The notes beneath the pieces are model-generated. The model ran no database searches. It saw only the letters and a list, made by a program, of their open reading frames with translations, and had not been told where the DNA came from. A DNA stretch of 64,000 nt, from NCBI GenBank assembly GCA_051530055.1, contig CM121342.1, positions 9,129,480 to 9,193,479 on the forward strand. Direction: 5' to 3'. Below are positions 24,291-35,626 of the stretch, piece by piece (positions within the stretch are counted from its first letter, which is position 1; each line of letters starts with the position of its first letter). Position numbers and translations under genes: made by a program. This DNA is from Neoechinorhynchus agilis (lineage: Eukaryota; Animalia; Acanthocephala).

Positions 24291-24687
24291 TGGTGAAGAA
24301 AAATTAAAATGATTTTATTTTTAAAATCCGATATTTCGAAGGCACAATCTTGTAGGTTTTTTTGATCAGAATTGTTCGTAAGTTTTTAAATATGTGAGTA
24401 ACCTTGATAAAGGCACAAAATTAATTTCTTCACCATAAAACAATCATAAAGAACAGTTCAATCTTCAAACACTTGTTTGATTGTTTGCTTTATTCGTTGA
24501 CCTTAAATACCGACATTTTGATATAACATTAATTTAAAATTTCTGAAGGAATGAAATCGATTACAATAAAGTATCGAGGCAATGCTCAAGGAAATTAATC
24601 AAATTGGAAGTTGATTATGTTGCTACATTTTGTTAGCTTTAAGCGCATGTGAGAGTAGAATAACAATTTCATCACTTGTTTTTTTTG

Positions 24688-24728
24688 GAACTGATGATGA
24701 ACCCACAATGAGGATCGAAAAAAAAGAT
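24688..24728 (+). ncRNA. Degenerate hammerhead motif
   Basis: CTGATGA-T-GAACC-CACAATGA-GGATC-GAAA (one helix II mismatch). Confidence 0.45.
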
Positions 24729-25147
24729 TTACTGAATGAAGACTTCTAAACAATAACTTTCTAATCATTTATCCCGGTACTTCCTCATGTACAGAGAACT
24801 TTTTAAAATTTCTTATCCGGGATATTATGATCATCACATTTCCAATTCAACCAGTCGAAATTTGAGATGTTGGTATTTGCAATCCTCGCCCCCAGCGCAT
24901 TAAACGTATTTTGGATTTAAAGATATTTCGAAAAAGGAAGCCTCGTCTCATCAATCATTGTTTATAGATAAAGGTTTATTGTCACATAGCTTTCCAAACA
25001 TCGAAATAGCTAATCAGCTTAACTTATTCTGTGATTTTAAGCGAAGAGTTCTAAGAATTTCGGTTTCTAGCAGAAAAAGTAATTTAAATTCTAAAAAAAA
25101 TATTCATTTTTCTGATTCTGTTTGAAGATCGAATCGTTCATGTTTGT

Positions 25148-25190
25148 TTCTGGCGGGCGGCCCTCGCCGAGGGCTCATCATCAGTTCTAA
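25148..25190 (-). ncRNA. Rearranged hammerhead-like motif adjoining the 196-bp duplicated block
   Basis: AGAA-CTGATGA-TGA-GCCCTC-GGC-GAGGGC...GAAAC; same left flank as the 22130 motif. Confidence 0.35.
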
Positions 25191-25561
25191 AATACGACGA
25201 AGTTCGCAGAGCGTCTTTAATCGAAAAAAAAGAATTCCAGGACTGTCCTCACATATCGACAAAAGCCATTACACCGTTGAAAAGTCGTCTAAGAAGCTCT
25301 TTAGTGAACAGAGTTAAAGTAGAGACCTCGATTTTTGCAATTGTCTTATTCTTAATCATGACTAAAAACTTCTATTTATTACGAAATCCGAATTTTTCGG
25401 CCAGAAACGAACATTTCTGAGCATCCTTCAAATTAAGGCAAATAACTTAACTCATTCAATAGAAAATTTTTGGTCGATTGAATCGTTGTCCGTTGCATGA
25501 TAGAAAAAAGAGGTTCTCTAGTTAACACAAATTCGGAAATCACTTGGTCTTTTCTATTCTG

Positions 25562-25614
25562 TGACGTCATCTAATTAACTTTTAATGCACGGGCGCGCCT
25601 CCCAAATGACGTCA
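25562..25614. promoter_or_regulatory. Pair of TGACGTCA (CRE/ATF) palindromes flanking GGGCGCGCC
   Basis: TGACGTCA at 25562-25569 and 25607-25614, about 580 bp upstream of Aurora. Confidence 0.45.
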
Positions 25615-25939
25615 CACCGCGCAGCGGCACTCAATTATTCGTCTGAGTCGGCAACGGCCATTAAAATTGTAGTTTTATCGAGCGTTATAAAATCACATTT
25701 TCAGTGTAATTGTTCAATTTATTTCACACGCTAATTTTGATCCTAATCAAATATGGTTCTGTGGCAAATAAATCATCGATTTTTTAATTTAGATTCTATG
25801 TTTTTCAATCAATCGGAACACAAACCTCACCTTTTAGAAAACGCGGTCTCAATAAAATCGCTCGTTCTAAAACCAAACATGCATTTAAGATAGGCGGAAA
25901 TCCAATAGTCACTAAAGTTGTCTGGAATTCTTGGACAAT

Positions 25940-26160
25940 ATCCGGCTTCATTGATATCGTTTTCTGGATCTTCCTTGATATCGATTTCTGGATCTTCCTT
26001 GATATCGATTTCTGGATCCCCTCTTTACATCTTTTTCTGGATTCTCCTTGATATCGACTTCTTTATTCTCCTTTATATCGTTTTCTTTATTCTCCTTGAT
26101 ATCGTTTTCTGGATTCTCCTTTATATCGATTTCTGGATCTTCCTTGATATCGTTTTCTTA
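25940..26160. repeat. 21-bp minisatellite; the minus strand reads as (DIKE[N/D]PE[N/I]) heptads
   Basis: About 9-10 units of CCTTGATATCGATTTCTGGAT-like sequence. Confidence 0.85.
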
Positions 26161-26194
26161 TTAATTTAGATTCGGTAAATTTACGAAGCGACTA

Positions 26195-27222
26195 ATGACC
26201 AAGGTGATTCGTGAACTAAAGGCCGGAATCGATCGAAATTGGGTTATTGAAGACTTTGAGATTGGGCGTCCGATTGGTAAAGGAAAATTCGGTCGTGTGT
26301 ACCTTGCTCGGACCAAAGTGGGTCATTTGATTGTAGCTCTTAAAATTTTGTTCAAATCGGAGCTTCTCAAAGGACAAGTCACTCGCCAATTGGAACGTGA
26401 AATCGAAATTCAGTCCCATTTAAAACACCCAAACATTCTTAAAATGCTTGGATGGTTTCACGATGAACGGCGTATATACCTTATCCTCGAGTACGCAGAG
26501 AAAGGTGAACTATACAAAATTCTAAAGGCTCAGAAACGAATGGACGACGTTTTCACTTCAAGATGCATCTATCAAGTGGCTCAAGCTCTTCATTGCTGTC
26601 ATTTAGCGGATAGATAAGATTAAGGCTCGTTTGAGTGGGTTTTTTTGAAATTTTAGAGTTTTTTAGATGATATTCCACAAAATATCTGTCTCAATAATCA
26701 TTTTCAATTAACGTCAAAAACTTGCAATCTAATAGTTCTCATCAACTAAAGTCATAATCCTATCTCGTAAATAAGGTCATTCACCGTGATCTCAAACCTG
26801 AGAATATCCTTCTCGATCATGAAGGTAACATAAAAATCAGTGATTTCGGATGGTCGGTTCACGCGCCTTCGAATAAGCGGAGAACGATGTGTGGTACAAC
26901 CGACTATCTAGCTCCTGAAATGGTCAGACATCTCGAGTACACCGACAAAATCGACGTATGGACGGTTGGCGTTTTGACCTATGAACTTCTGGTTGGAAAT
27001 GCGCCCTTTGATTCGCATTCCATTCATGCGACACAGAGTAAGATCGCCTCCGTCGATTTTGAAATACCCTCATATGTGTCTCCTATGGCTACAAAATTCA
27101 TTAAGTGGCTTTTGCAGAAGGATCCTGCGAAAAGACCGAATTTATCCGAAGTCCTAAGATCAGAGTTTGCGAGACATCATCTAAAGTTTGCGGTAAAGGA
27201 GTCTACGGAGGACGATGGATGA
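26195..27222 (+). CDS. AURK: Aurora kinase, interrupted by a 164-nt non-GT-AG insert (26606-26769)
   Basis: DFEIGRPIGKGKFGRVYLAR, REIEIQSHLKHPNIL, HRDLKPEN, DFGWSVHAPS, CGTTDYLAPEM. Removing the insert restores CHLNKVIHRD in frame. Confidence 0.9.
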
Positions 27223-27708
27223 ATAACTCGGTCCTGAAAAGGAAATCGAAACTTAATAAAATCGCTTATTCTCAATGTGCGCAATGGAAATAGAATTCAA
27301 TTATTCCAATAAGGGTGTCAACCAATTTGTCAAAAAATAGAAATTTCAGTAAGAAATTAAAAATAACAATTTTTTTACAACTCGAAAGTTGCTTTTAATC
27401 ACAAAAAGTACACTTTTTATAAATTCAACCATTTGGTTCTTATAAATAACTGGCGATAGTAATGTTTTAGTGACAAAGAAGATTATCCCGAAATAACGCT
27501 CTGAAAAGAATAATACACACTGGATTATCCGTTTCAAACACACACAAATAATAGTACGTTTTTAGGTTTGAAGCTTTCAATGTTTTCTAGAAAACCAAAG
27601 CATTATAATGTTGGTTTTCAAAACAATCCAGACTATATGAGCGATCGTTATCGAATAGCTCCACTTGAGCTATATTTTTGATACCCGCAATTAATCACAT
27701 CGATCGCG

Positions 27709-28122
27709 ATGGCTTCTCGTCGCAACGATAACACTGACATCAATGAGGCCATAAACGGTTTTATACCTGATGAAGTCAATACACTTGAGGAACTGTTCAA
27801 AAAGGAACCAATGCCTACGACTCTAGATTTGACAAGTATAGCTGCTGAAATGAGGAGAACTCTACTTTCGATTGAATCCTGGTTTCGATACCGGCGACGT
27901 CAACAAATAAGAGAAATTTATAGGTCGATTGGCGCTCGTGCTGAATCTGCGGTGCCTACTGTGCAGGATAGAAGCAGAGTGGACCGTTTGGATGGTACTG
28001 CAAATCCATATCGCTTGTATTATCCATTAAGTCCGGATAGACGGAGAACGATTCAACCTGGACAACTGTTTCAGCAATATGAAGGAGGTCAGATGGATGA
28101 TAGTGAATCTGAAGATGATTAG
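27709..28122 (+). CDS. 137-aa divergent homeodomain protein with an acidic tail
   Basis: F8, L16, F20, P26, I34-A35, I45, W48-F49 and R52-R53 have exact homeodomain spacing in FIPDEVNTLEELFKKEPMP...IESWFRYRRRQQ. Confidence 0.8.
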   Translation: MASRRNDNTDINEAINGFIPDEVNTLEELFKKEPMPTTLDLTSIAAEMRRTLLSIESWFRYRRRQQIREIYRSIGARAESAVPTVQDRSRVDRLDGTANPYRLYYPLSPDRRRTIQPGQLFQQYEGGQMDDSESEDD

Positions 28123-28804
28123 TGACTACAGAAATCGTATTTAGTTTTGCTAAGAAAGGCGAACAGCTTTTCGATTTGTTTCTGAAAGTTAAACACCGGA
28201 ACGTTAGTCTTTTAAGAAAACCGACTTGGGCATAAGACCAGCACACCAAGAACAGTCACAGGTATGAATTTCTCCAGCATTGGAATCCCAAAACGAATCG
28301 AGTGCGATGGTTTCGGTGACTAAACTTTAAATGAACAAACAACTTGATCTAAAAGGTCCTCAGCACGTATCGCATGACCCATATTTTTATAAGGAAGCTT
28401 TACGGATTTTTTTAAAAATGTTATCCATTTGAAGCGACTAATTTTTTAAGTAGCTCAAATGTTTTCGAAAGTCAGAATGGAACTCAGTGTAAAGCTGCGA
28501 AAAAATAAGAAAATCAGTTAACACTCGGCACTACCTTAAGAATAAGGACAAAAGCATGACGATAACTGCCAAAATATGTAAAAATAAGTGGAAAAAATCG
28601 CTTAATCGTCTCGGCAGTCTTTCAATAGTCCGTAATCGATTTTTTTTTCAAGAATACCGAAATCATAAGTTTCAATAGCGTTCTGCTTTTTAAATTTTAT
28701 TTCGTTGACGAAAAGATAAATCATCGATAGAAAATCGTTCGGGTTAGTCAAAGCATAATTTTGGTGAACGTACTCCCGGTCATGACCTATTTGATTTTGA
28801 TTTA

Positions 28805-28845
28805 TTGGAAATATTTCGCAAGGTAACCTCGAATCATCAGTTATC
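28805..28845 (-). ncRNA. Hammerhead motif at the 3' end of a Penelope relic
   Basis: CTGATGA-T-TCGAGG-TTA-CCTTGC-GAAA-TATTTC, then CAATAAA. Confidence 0.5.
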
Positions 28846-28949
28846 TAAAAATGAGTTTTACACATTAAGATTTTAAGCTCGAGTGCGCGGGATCGCCAAA
28901 CCCGAAGTTCGGGGACTAATTATCCGCCACTGCGCTGTACTACGTTTTT

Positions 28950-29860
28950 CCCATGATTTTAGCATTGATTTTTAACACATCGATGGCTGGAAGTTTCAAG
29001 CTAATATTAGCTTTATTTCCTTCCATTGTGTTAGACACAACGATATGTAAAGCCTCCAAAACAAGCCGTCTTTTTAAGTTTTGCTCTATTTCTATAAAGT
29101 GGGTGCCACCAAAATCCGCTCGATGCTTACATGTCGTTTGATGATTAGAGATTATCGACGAATGCTCAAATCGACTACAAACTTGCTTAAGTTGAGCGAA
29201 CCACTTCTCAATGCCTTGCATCGTTTGTCCGATAGACTAGTCGGCTCAATTTTACCCTTCTTCTTGAAAATGCTTCCGAGAGCGATTCCTTTAGTATTGT
29301 ATAGACGAATTCCAGCCTTCTCATTCATAATGGAGTAAATCATTTGATTCCTGTCATCATCAATGAAGTGCACTCTTTCGAAGCATACAGGCTCTGCAGA
29401 AGATTTGTTGTTGTTATGCGGATGGTACTTACTGCCTCTGATTTCCCGGTCTATAATCCATTTGGGATGTACCCTCATTTTCAGCTTCTGTACTATCCTC
29501 TCCCTTTCCCTAATCTATGCAAATCGAGTAGATGAGATAAGAGTAGCTCTTCGGAACCTCATCGGTTGGTGACTTGACCAGTGTGGTGGTCCCTATGGCA
29601 AGTTCTCCTTGCGATAAAGTGAAGTGCTAACTTTGCCTTGTGCAGAACGCTTGACAAGGACGTCCAGGAACGAGACTTCATCATTTATGTCCTCTTCATT
29701 GACTGTAAACTGTATGTGTGGATCTTGACTGTTAAGTTCACCATTTAGAGAATCTCTGTTGTTGTTTGAATCAGTCAGAATCAGTCAGAATGAATACATC
29801 GTCCACATCTCAATTTTACCCTTCTTGAATGTGCTTCTGAGAGCGATTGTGCTAATAACG
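28950..29860 (-). mobile_element. Penelope-like relic (RT thumb plus GIY-YIG C-terminus)
   Basis: DPHIQFTVNEED..VSFLDVLVKR, and HRADF..EQNLKRRLVLEALHI. Confidence 0.85.
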
Positions 29861-30283
29861 GGATTATTTTTACCAAAATTATAAAAGATAAATGGTTGAT
29901 ACAGAAATGGACAATAAGCTAATGATTACAATTATCTCGGTAATGTAATTCTGCATTTTGGATTTAAACTATAATACCGATTTTGTTTTACGGATTATCT
30001 GTAAAAAATCGCAGACTTAAAAAGATTGAATTTCTTTCAGTTATTATGTTTCGTTTACATATTCAAATTTTTTTGCATTTGTTGAAATGTTTATATCAAA
30101 AATATTATGTGGGTTCGTTAAAATGCAGTTTATGATTCGCGTCTATGAATTTTTCGATGGCGTTTTATATTGAAATTACGATATGAACCGAAATTATGGT
30201 GTTTTCAATTGCATCTCTGAAACAAAAGCTCTGTATCAATATATTTAAAAAGAAATGGCGAATTTATAGAATTGGCGGAAATT

Positions 30284-30580
30284 TTACTGTTGCCATTGCT
30301 CCTCGTCTTCCTCTGAGGTACTGTCTTCTTGTAGCTCATTGAAAAGGCTTCTAAGTCCTTGATAAAATTCTCCAAGAGCTGGTGGAACGTATTCATCATC
30401 AGGGGTCCCACTTATAACTGCAGAAATGATTTCATCGATAACAGCTATGTGATTAGCTACTTCCATTTGTTCTGTTGTATTGTCCGGTTCATTATCCTCG
30501 TTAAAAGTGAAATCCTCCTCATCAGAAGAGTCGCTAGGCCATTCATTGTTTGGTTGCTTTGGTATTGCTCTATCGCGCAT
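30284..30580 (-). CDS. 98-aa acidic protein, cassette A (copy 3)
   Basis: Intact 297-nt frame. Confidence 0.6.
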   Translation of the reverse strand: MRDRAIPKQPNNEWPSDSSDEEDFTFNEDNEPDNTTEQMEVANHIAVIDEIISAVISGTPDDEYVPPALGEFYQGLRSLFNELQEDSTSEEDEEQWQQ

Positions 30581-31424
30581 CTCAGAATTGTAGAAAATGT
30601 TTGCTTGATTTGTTGGCTGCTGTAGAAAGATTGATGGTTGTATACTGCGCGATTTGTTTCACATACACGCGAAATAGGGGGTCCATTGATTCTCTTTATA
30701 TAAATTATTTATAGATCAGCGAGAGATCGGCGGTCATTTTATCTATTGTTTTTAATTTCATATCCTGTTTTCTTAGGGGAACCAATCAGCGTGCGCCGTT
30801 CGATGATATCTACGGGAACGGAGATTAAATTTCATTCTTTATCAAATAATTTGCGCTATTGACCGTAATCATGGCAGAAATTTAGAATTACAGGTCGAAT
30901 AATTCATAGACAATCAAAATCCTTTGTAACCAATGACCTAGTCGAATTCCAATAGAAAATCTGCCTAATGGGTTAAATTGACATTTGAATATTTCGTTCA
31001 AGTTTTGTTTAATTTAAAATGATCTTAAAAAAACTCGTTCCAAAATTGAAACTCACATTTTTGGATTAATTAAAGGTAGCCATTGAAATTAACAATATTA
31101 ACAGGTTTTTGTTGATGTTCAACAGATAAACCGACTGTGTGTATGTTTTTCCTTAACGTTCATCACAAACTTAAAATCAAATCATGTTCATTTTTTTGTC
31201 CATGACAATTAGTTATTCAAGAAATTCGTTGTCTTTGCAGAATCGCTAATTCGAAAATTTCAAATATGGAATTCGACGTCAAACAGATTTTTGTTGTTTT
31301 TTCAGCATTTATTTTTAAAATTTGTTGTTAAAAAGTTCGCGTAGAACGAATTTATGTCGTTCTGGGACTACTTGAAGCAGAATTCAAATTAGAGGACCAA
31401 TTGATATTATTAAAAATTACAATT

Positions 31425-31591
31425 ATGATAAGTTTTACACTTAAAGCGGTTGTAGAATCCAATGGTTTCCAATTTTTTTTAACAACGCCAACAAAAATTG
31501 TTACGCTGGATCAAAAGATGTTCCGTTGGCGATAATGAATCAAAGATGGAAGCAATATGTTCTCGTTTCTAGTGATCCCGTGACGTATTAA
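31425..31591 (+). pseudogene. Frameshifted copy of the 54-aa ORF C
   Basis: 8 T instead of 6 in the CAA-TTT-TTT-AAC run; this could also be a homopolymer read error. Confidence 0.4.
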
Positions 31592-31794
31592 ATTTGTTTA
31601 AAATTGACCTAATCGATTAGCGCTTCAAAATCAAATATTACTGCCATGCGCTAATTTGATTGATATTAAAATTCATTTGTTGTTTTTTAAATGATTGAAT
31701 AGCGACATTGACAAAAATTGAGGTTTAAAGTAGCAAAAGCTCTGTATCAATATATTTAAAACGAAATGGCAAATTTATAGAATTGGCAAAAATT

Positions 31795-32091
31795 TTACTG
31801 TTGCCATTGCTCCTCGTCTTCCTCTGAGGTATTGTCTTCTTGTAGCTCATTGAAAAGGCTTCTAAGTCCTTGATAAAATTCTCCAAGAGCTGGTGGAACG
31901 TATTCATCATCAGGGGTCCCGCTTATAACTGCAGAAATGATTTCATCGATAACAGCTATGTGATTAGCTACTTCCAGTTGTTCTGTTGTATTGTCCGGTT
32001 CATTATCCTCGTTAAAAGTTAAATCCTCCTCATCAGAAGATTCGCTGGGCCATTCATTGTTTGGTTGCTTTGGAATTGCTCTATCGCGCAT
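31795..32091 (-). CDS. 98-aa acidic protein, cassette A (copy 4)
   Basis: Intact frame with D17E, F24L and M39L relative to copy 1. Confidence 0.6.
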   Translation of the reverse strand: MRDRAIPKQPNNEWPSESSDEEDLTFNEDNEPDNTTEQLEVANHIAVIDEIISAVISGTPDDEYVPPALGEFYQGLRSLFNELQEDNTSEEDEEQWQQ

Positions 32092-32435
32092 CGTAGAATT
32101 GCAGAAAATTTTTGCTTGATTTGTTGGCTGCTGTAGAAAGATTGATGGTTGTATACTGCGCGATTTGTTTCACATACACGCGAAATAGGGGGTCCATTGA
32201 TTCTCTTTATATAAATTATTTATAGATCAGCGAGAGATCGGCGGTCATTTTATCTATTGTTTTTAATTTCATATCCTGTTTTCTTAGGGGAACCAATCAG
32301 CGTGCGCCGTTCGATGATATCTACGGGAACGCAGATTAAATTTCATTCTTTATCAAATAATTTGCGCTATTGACCGTAATCATGGCAGAAATTTAGAATT
32401 ACAGGTCGAATAATTCATTGACAATAAAAATCCTT

Positions 32436-32600
32436 ATGATAAGTTTTACACTTAAAGCGGTTGTAGAATCCAATGGTTTCCAATTTTTTAACAACGCCAA
32501 CAAAAATTGTTACGCTGGATCAAAAGATGTTCCGTTGGCAATAATCAATCAAAGATGGGAGCAATATGTTCTCGTTTCTAGTGATCCCGTGACGTATTAA
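32436..32600 (+). CDS. 54-aa ORF C (MISFTLKAVVESNG...RWEQYVLVSSDPVTY)
   Basis: Repeated in the array with synonymous differences; a diverged in-frame homolog lies at 19822-19929. Confidence 0.4.
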   Translation: MISFTLKAVVESNGFQFFNNANKNCYAGSKDVPLAIINQRWEQYVLVSSDPVTY

Positions 32601-32802
32601 ATTTGTTTAAAATTGACCTAATCGATTAGCGCTTCAAAATCAAATATTACTGCCATGCGCTAATTTGATTGATATTAAATTCATTTGTTGTTTTTTAAAT
32701 GATTGAATAGCGACATTGACAAAAATTGAGGTTTAAAGTAGCAAAAGCTCTGTATCAATATATTTAAAACGAAATGGCAAATTTATAGAATTGGCAAAAA
32801 TT

Positions 32803-33099
32803 TTACTGTTGCCATTGCTCCTCGTCTTCCTCTGAGGTATTGTCTTCTTGTAGCTCATTGAAAAGGCTTCTAAGTCCTTGATAAAATTCTCCAAGAGCTG
32901 GTGGAACGTATTCATCATCAGGGGTCCCGCTTATAACTGCAGAAATGATTTCATCGATAACAGCTATGTGATTAGCTACTTCCAGTTGTTCTGTTGTATT
33001 GTCCGGTTCATTATCCTCGTTAAAAGTTAAATCCTCCTCATCAGAAGATTCGCTGGGCCATTCATTGTTTGGTTGCTTTGGAATTGCTCTATCGCGCAT
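32803..33099 (-). CDS. 98-aa acidic protein, cassette A (copy 5)
   Basis: Intact frame. Confidence 0.6.
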   Translation of the reverse strand: MRDRAIPKQPNNEWPSESSDEEDLTFNEDNEPDNTTEQLEVANHIAVIDEIISAVISGTPDDEYVPPALGEFYQGLRSLFNELQEDNTSEEDEEQWQQ

Positions 33100-33952
33100 C
33101 GTAGAATTGCAGAAAATTTTTGCTTGATTTGTTGGCTGCTGTAGAAAGATTGATGGTTGTATACTGCGCGATTTGTTTCACATACACGCGAAATAGGGGG
33201 TCCATTGATTCTCTTTATATAAATTATTTATAGATCAGCGAGAGATCGGCGGTCATTTGATCTATTGTTTTTAATTTCATATCCTGTTTTCTTAGGGGAA
33301 CCAATCAGCGTGCGCCGTTCGATGATATCTACGGGAACGTAGATTAAATTTCATTCTTTATCAAATAATTTGCGCTATTGACCGTAATCATGGCAGAAAT
33401 TTAGAATTACAGGTCGAATAATTCATTGACAATCAAAATCCTTTGTAACCAATGACTTAGTCGAATTCCAATAGAAAATCTGCCTAATGGGTTAAATTGA
33501 CATTTGAATATTTCGTTCAAGTTTTGTTTAATTTAAAATGATCTTAAAAAAACTCGTTCCAAAATTGAAAGTCACATTTTTTGAATTAATTAAAGGTAGC
33601 CATTGAAATTAACAATATTTACAGGCTTTTATTGATGTTTATCAAGTTCAACAGATAAATCGACTGTGCATATGTTTTTCCTTAACGTTCATCACAAACT
33701 TAAAATCAAATCATGTTCATTTTTTGTCCATGACAATTAGTTATTCAAGAAATTCGTTGTCTTTGCAGAATCGCTAATTCGAAAATTCCAAATATGGGAT
33801 TCGACGTCAAACAGATTTTTGTTGTTTTTTCAGCATTTATTTTTAAAATTTGTTGTTGAAAAGTTCGCGTAGAACGAATTTATGTCGTTCTGGGACTACT
33901 TGAAGCAGAATTCAAATTAGAGGACCAATTGATATTATTAAAAATTACAATT

Positions 33953-34117
33953 ATGATAAGTTTTACACTTAAAGCGGTTGTAGAATCCAATGGTTTCCAA
34001 TTTTTTAACAACGCCAACAAAAATTGTTACGTTGGATCAAAAGATGTTCCGCTGGCGATAATCAATCAAAGATGGGAGCAATATGTTCTCGTTTCTAGTG
34101 ATCCCGTGACGTATTAA
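33953..34117 (+). CDS. 54-aa ORF C copy
   Basis: Intact frame. Confidence 0.4.
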   Translation: MISFTLKAVVESNGFQFFNNANKNCYVGSKDVPLAIINQRWEQYVLVSSDPVTY

Positions 34118-34320
34118 ATTTGTTTAAAATTGACCTAATCGATTAGCGCTTCAAAATCAAATATTACTGCCATGCGCTAATTTGATTGATATTAAAATTC
34201 ATTTGTTGTTTTTTAAATGATTGAATAGCGACATTGACAAAAATTGAGGTTTAAAGTAGCAAAAGCTCTGTATCAATATATTTAAAACGAAATGGCAAAT
34301 TTATAGAATTGGCGGAAATT

Positions 34321-34617
34321 TTACTGTTGCCATTGCTCCTCGTCTTCCTCTGAGGTATTGTCTTCTTGTAGCTCATTGAAAAGGCTTCTAAGTCCTTGAT
34401 AAAATTCTCCAAGAGCTGGTGGAACGTATTCATCATCAGGGGTCCCGCTTATAACTGCAGAAATGATTTCATCGATAACAGCTATGTGATTAGCTACTTC
34501 CATTTGTTCTGTTGTATTGTCCGGTTCATTATCCTCGTTAAAAGTTAAATCCTCCTCATCAGAAGATTCGCTGGGCCATTCATTGTTTGGTTGCTTTGGA
34601 ATTGCTCTATCGCGCAT
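34321..34617 (-). CDS. 98-aa acidic protein, cassette A (copy 6)
   Basis: Intact frame. Confidence 0.6.
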   Translation of the reverse strand: MRDRAIPKQPNNEWPSESSDEEDLTFNEDNEPDNTTEQMEVANHIAVIDEIISAVISGTPDDEYVPPALGEFYQGLRSLFNELQEDNTSEEDEEQWQQ

Positions 34618-34961
34618 CGTAGAATTGCAGAAAATTTTTGCTTGATTTGTTGGCTGCTGCTGAAAGATTGATTGTTGTATACTGCGCGATTTGTTTCACA
34701 TACACGCGAAATAGGGGGTCTATTGATTCTCTCTATATAAATTATTTATAGATCAGCGAAAGATCGGCGGTCATTTGATCTATTGTTTTTAATTTCATAT
34801 CCTGTTTTCTTAGGGGAACCAATCAGCGCGCGCCGTTCGATGATATCTACGGGAACGGAGATTAAATTTCATTCTTTATCAAATCATTTGCGCTTTTGAC
34901 CCTAATCATAGCAGAAATTTAGAATTACAGGTCGAATAATTCATTGACAATAAAAATCCTT

Positions 34962-35126
34962 ATGATAAGTTTTACACTTAAAGCGGTTGTAGAATCCAAT
35001 GGTTTCCAATTTTTTAATAACGCCAACAAAAATTGTTACGCTGGATCAAAAGATGTTCCGTTGGCAATAATCAATCAAAGATGGGAGCAATATGTTCTCG
35101 TTTCTAGTGATCCCGTGACGTATTAA
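34962..35126 (+). CDS. 54-aa ORF C copy
   Basis: Intact frame. Confidence 0.4.
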   Translation: MISFTLKAVVESNGFQFFNNANKNCYAGSKDVPLAIINQRWEQYVLVSSDPVTY

Positions 35127-35329
35127 ATTTGTTTAAAATTGACCTAATCGATTAGCGCTTCAAAATCAAATATTACTGCCATGCGCTAATTTGATTGATA
35201 TTAAAATTCATTTGTTGTTTTTTAAATGATTGAATAGCGACATTGACCAAAATTGAGGTTTAAAGTAGCAAAAGCTCTGTATCAATATATTTAAAAAGAA
35301 ATGGCAAATTTATAGAATTGGCGGAAATT

Positions 35330-35626
35330 TTGCTGTTGCCATTGCTCCTCGTCTTCCTCTGAGGTATTGTCTTCTTGTAGCTCATTGAAAAGGCTTCTAA
35401 GTCCTTGATAAAATTCTCCAAGAGCTGGTGGAACGTATTCATCATCAGGGGTCCCGCTTATAACTGCAGAAATGATTTCATCGATAACAGCTATGTGATT
35501 AGCTACTTCCATTTGTTCTGTTGTATTGTCCGGTTCATTATCCTCGTTAAAAGTTAAATCCTCCTCATCAGAAGATTCGCTGGGTCATTCATTGTTTGGT
35601 TGCTTTGGAATTGCTCTATCGCGCAT
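35330..35626 (-). pseudogene. Disrupted cassette A copy (copy 7)
   Basis: W14 TGG changed to TGA at 35585-35587, and the terminal TAA changed to CAA. Confidence 0.65.

Noticed and set aside
25918-26169. Plus-strand hydrophobic ORF MSGILGQ..
   Set aside because: TTG start; it is the antisense reading of the 21-bp minisatellite.
31075-31084. AAGGTAGCCA in spacer B resembles the 28S R2 target site
   Set aside because: Only 10 nt match, there is no surrounding rRNA sequence and no element is inserted there.
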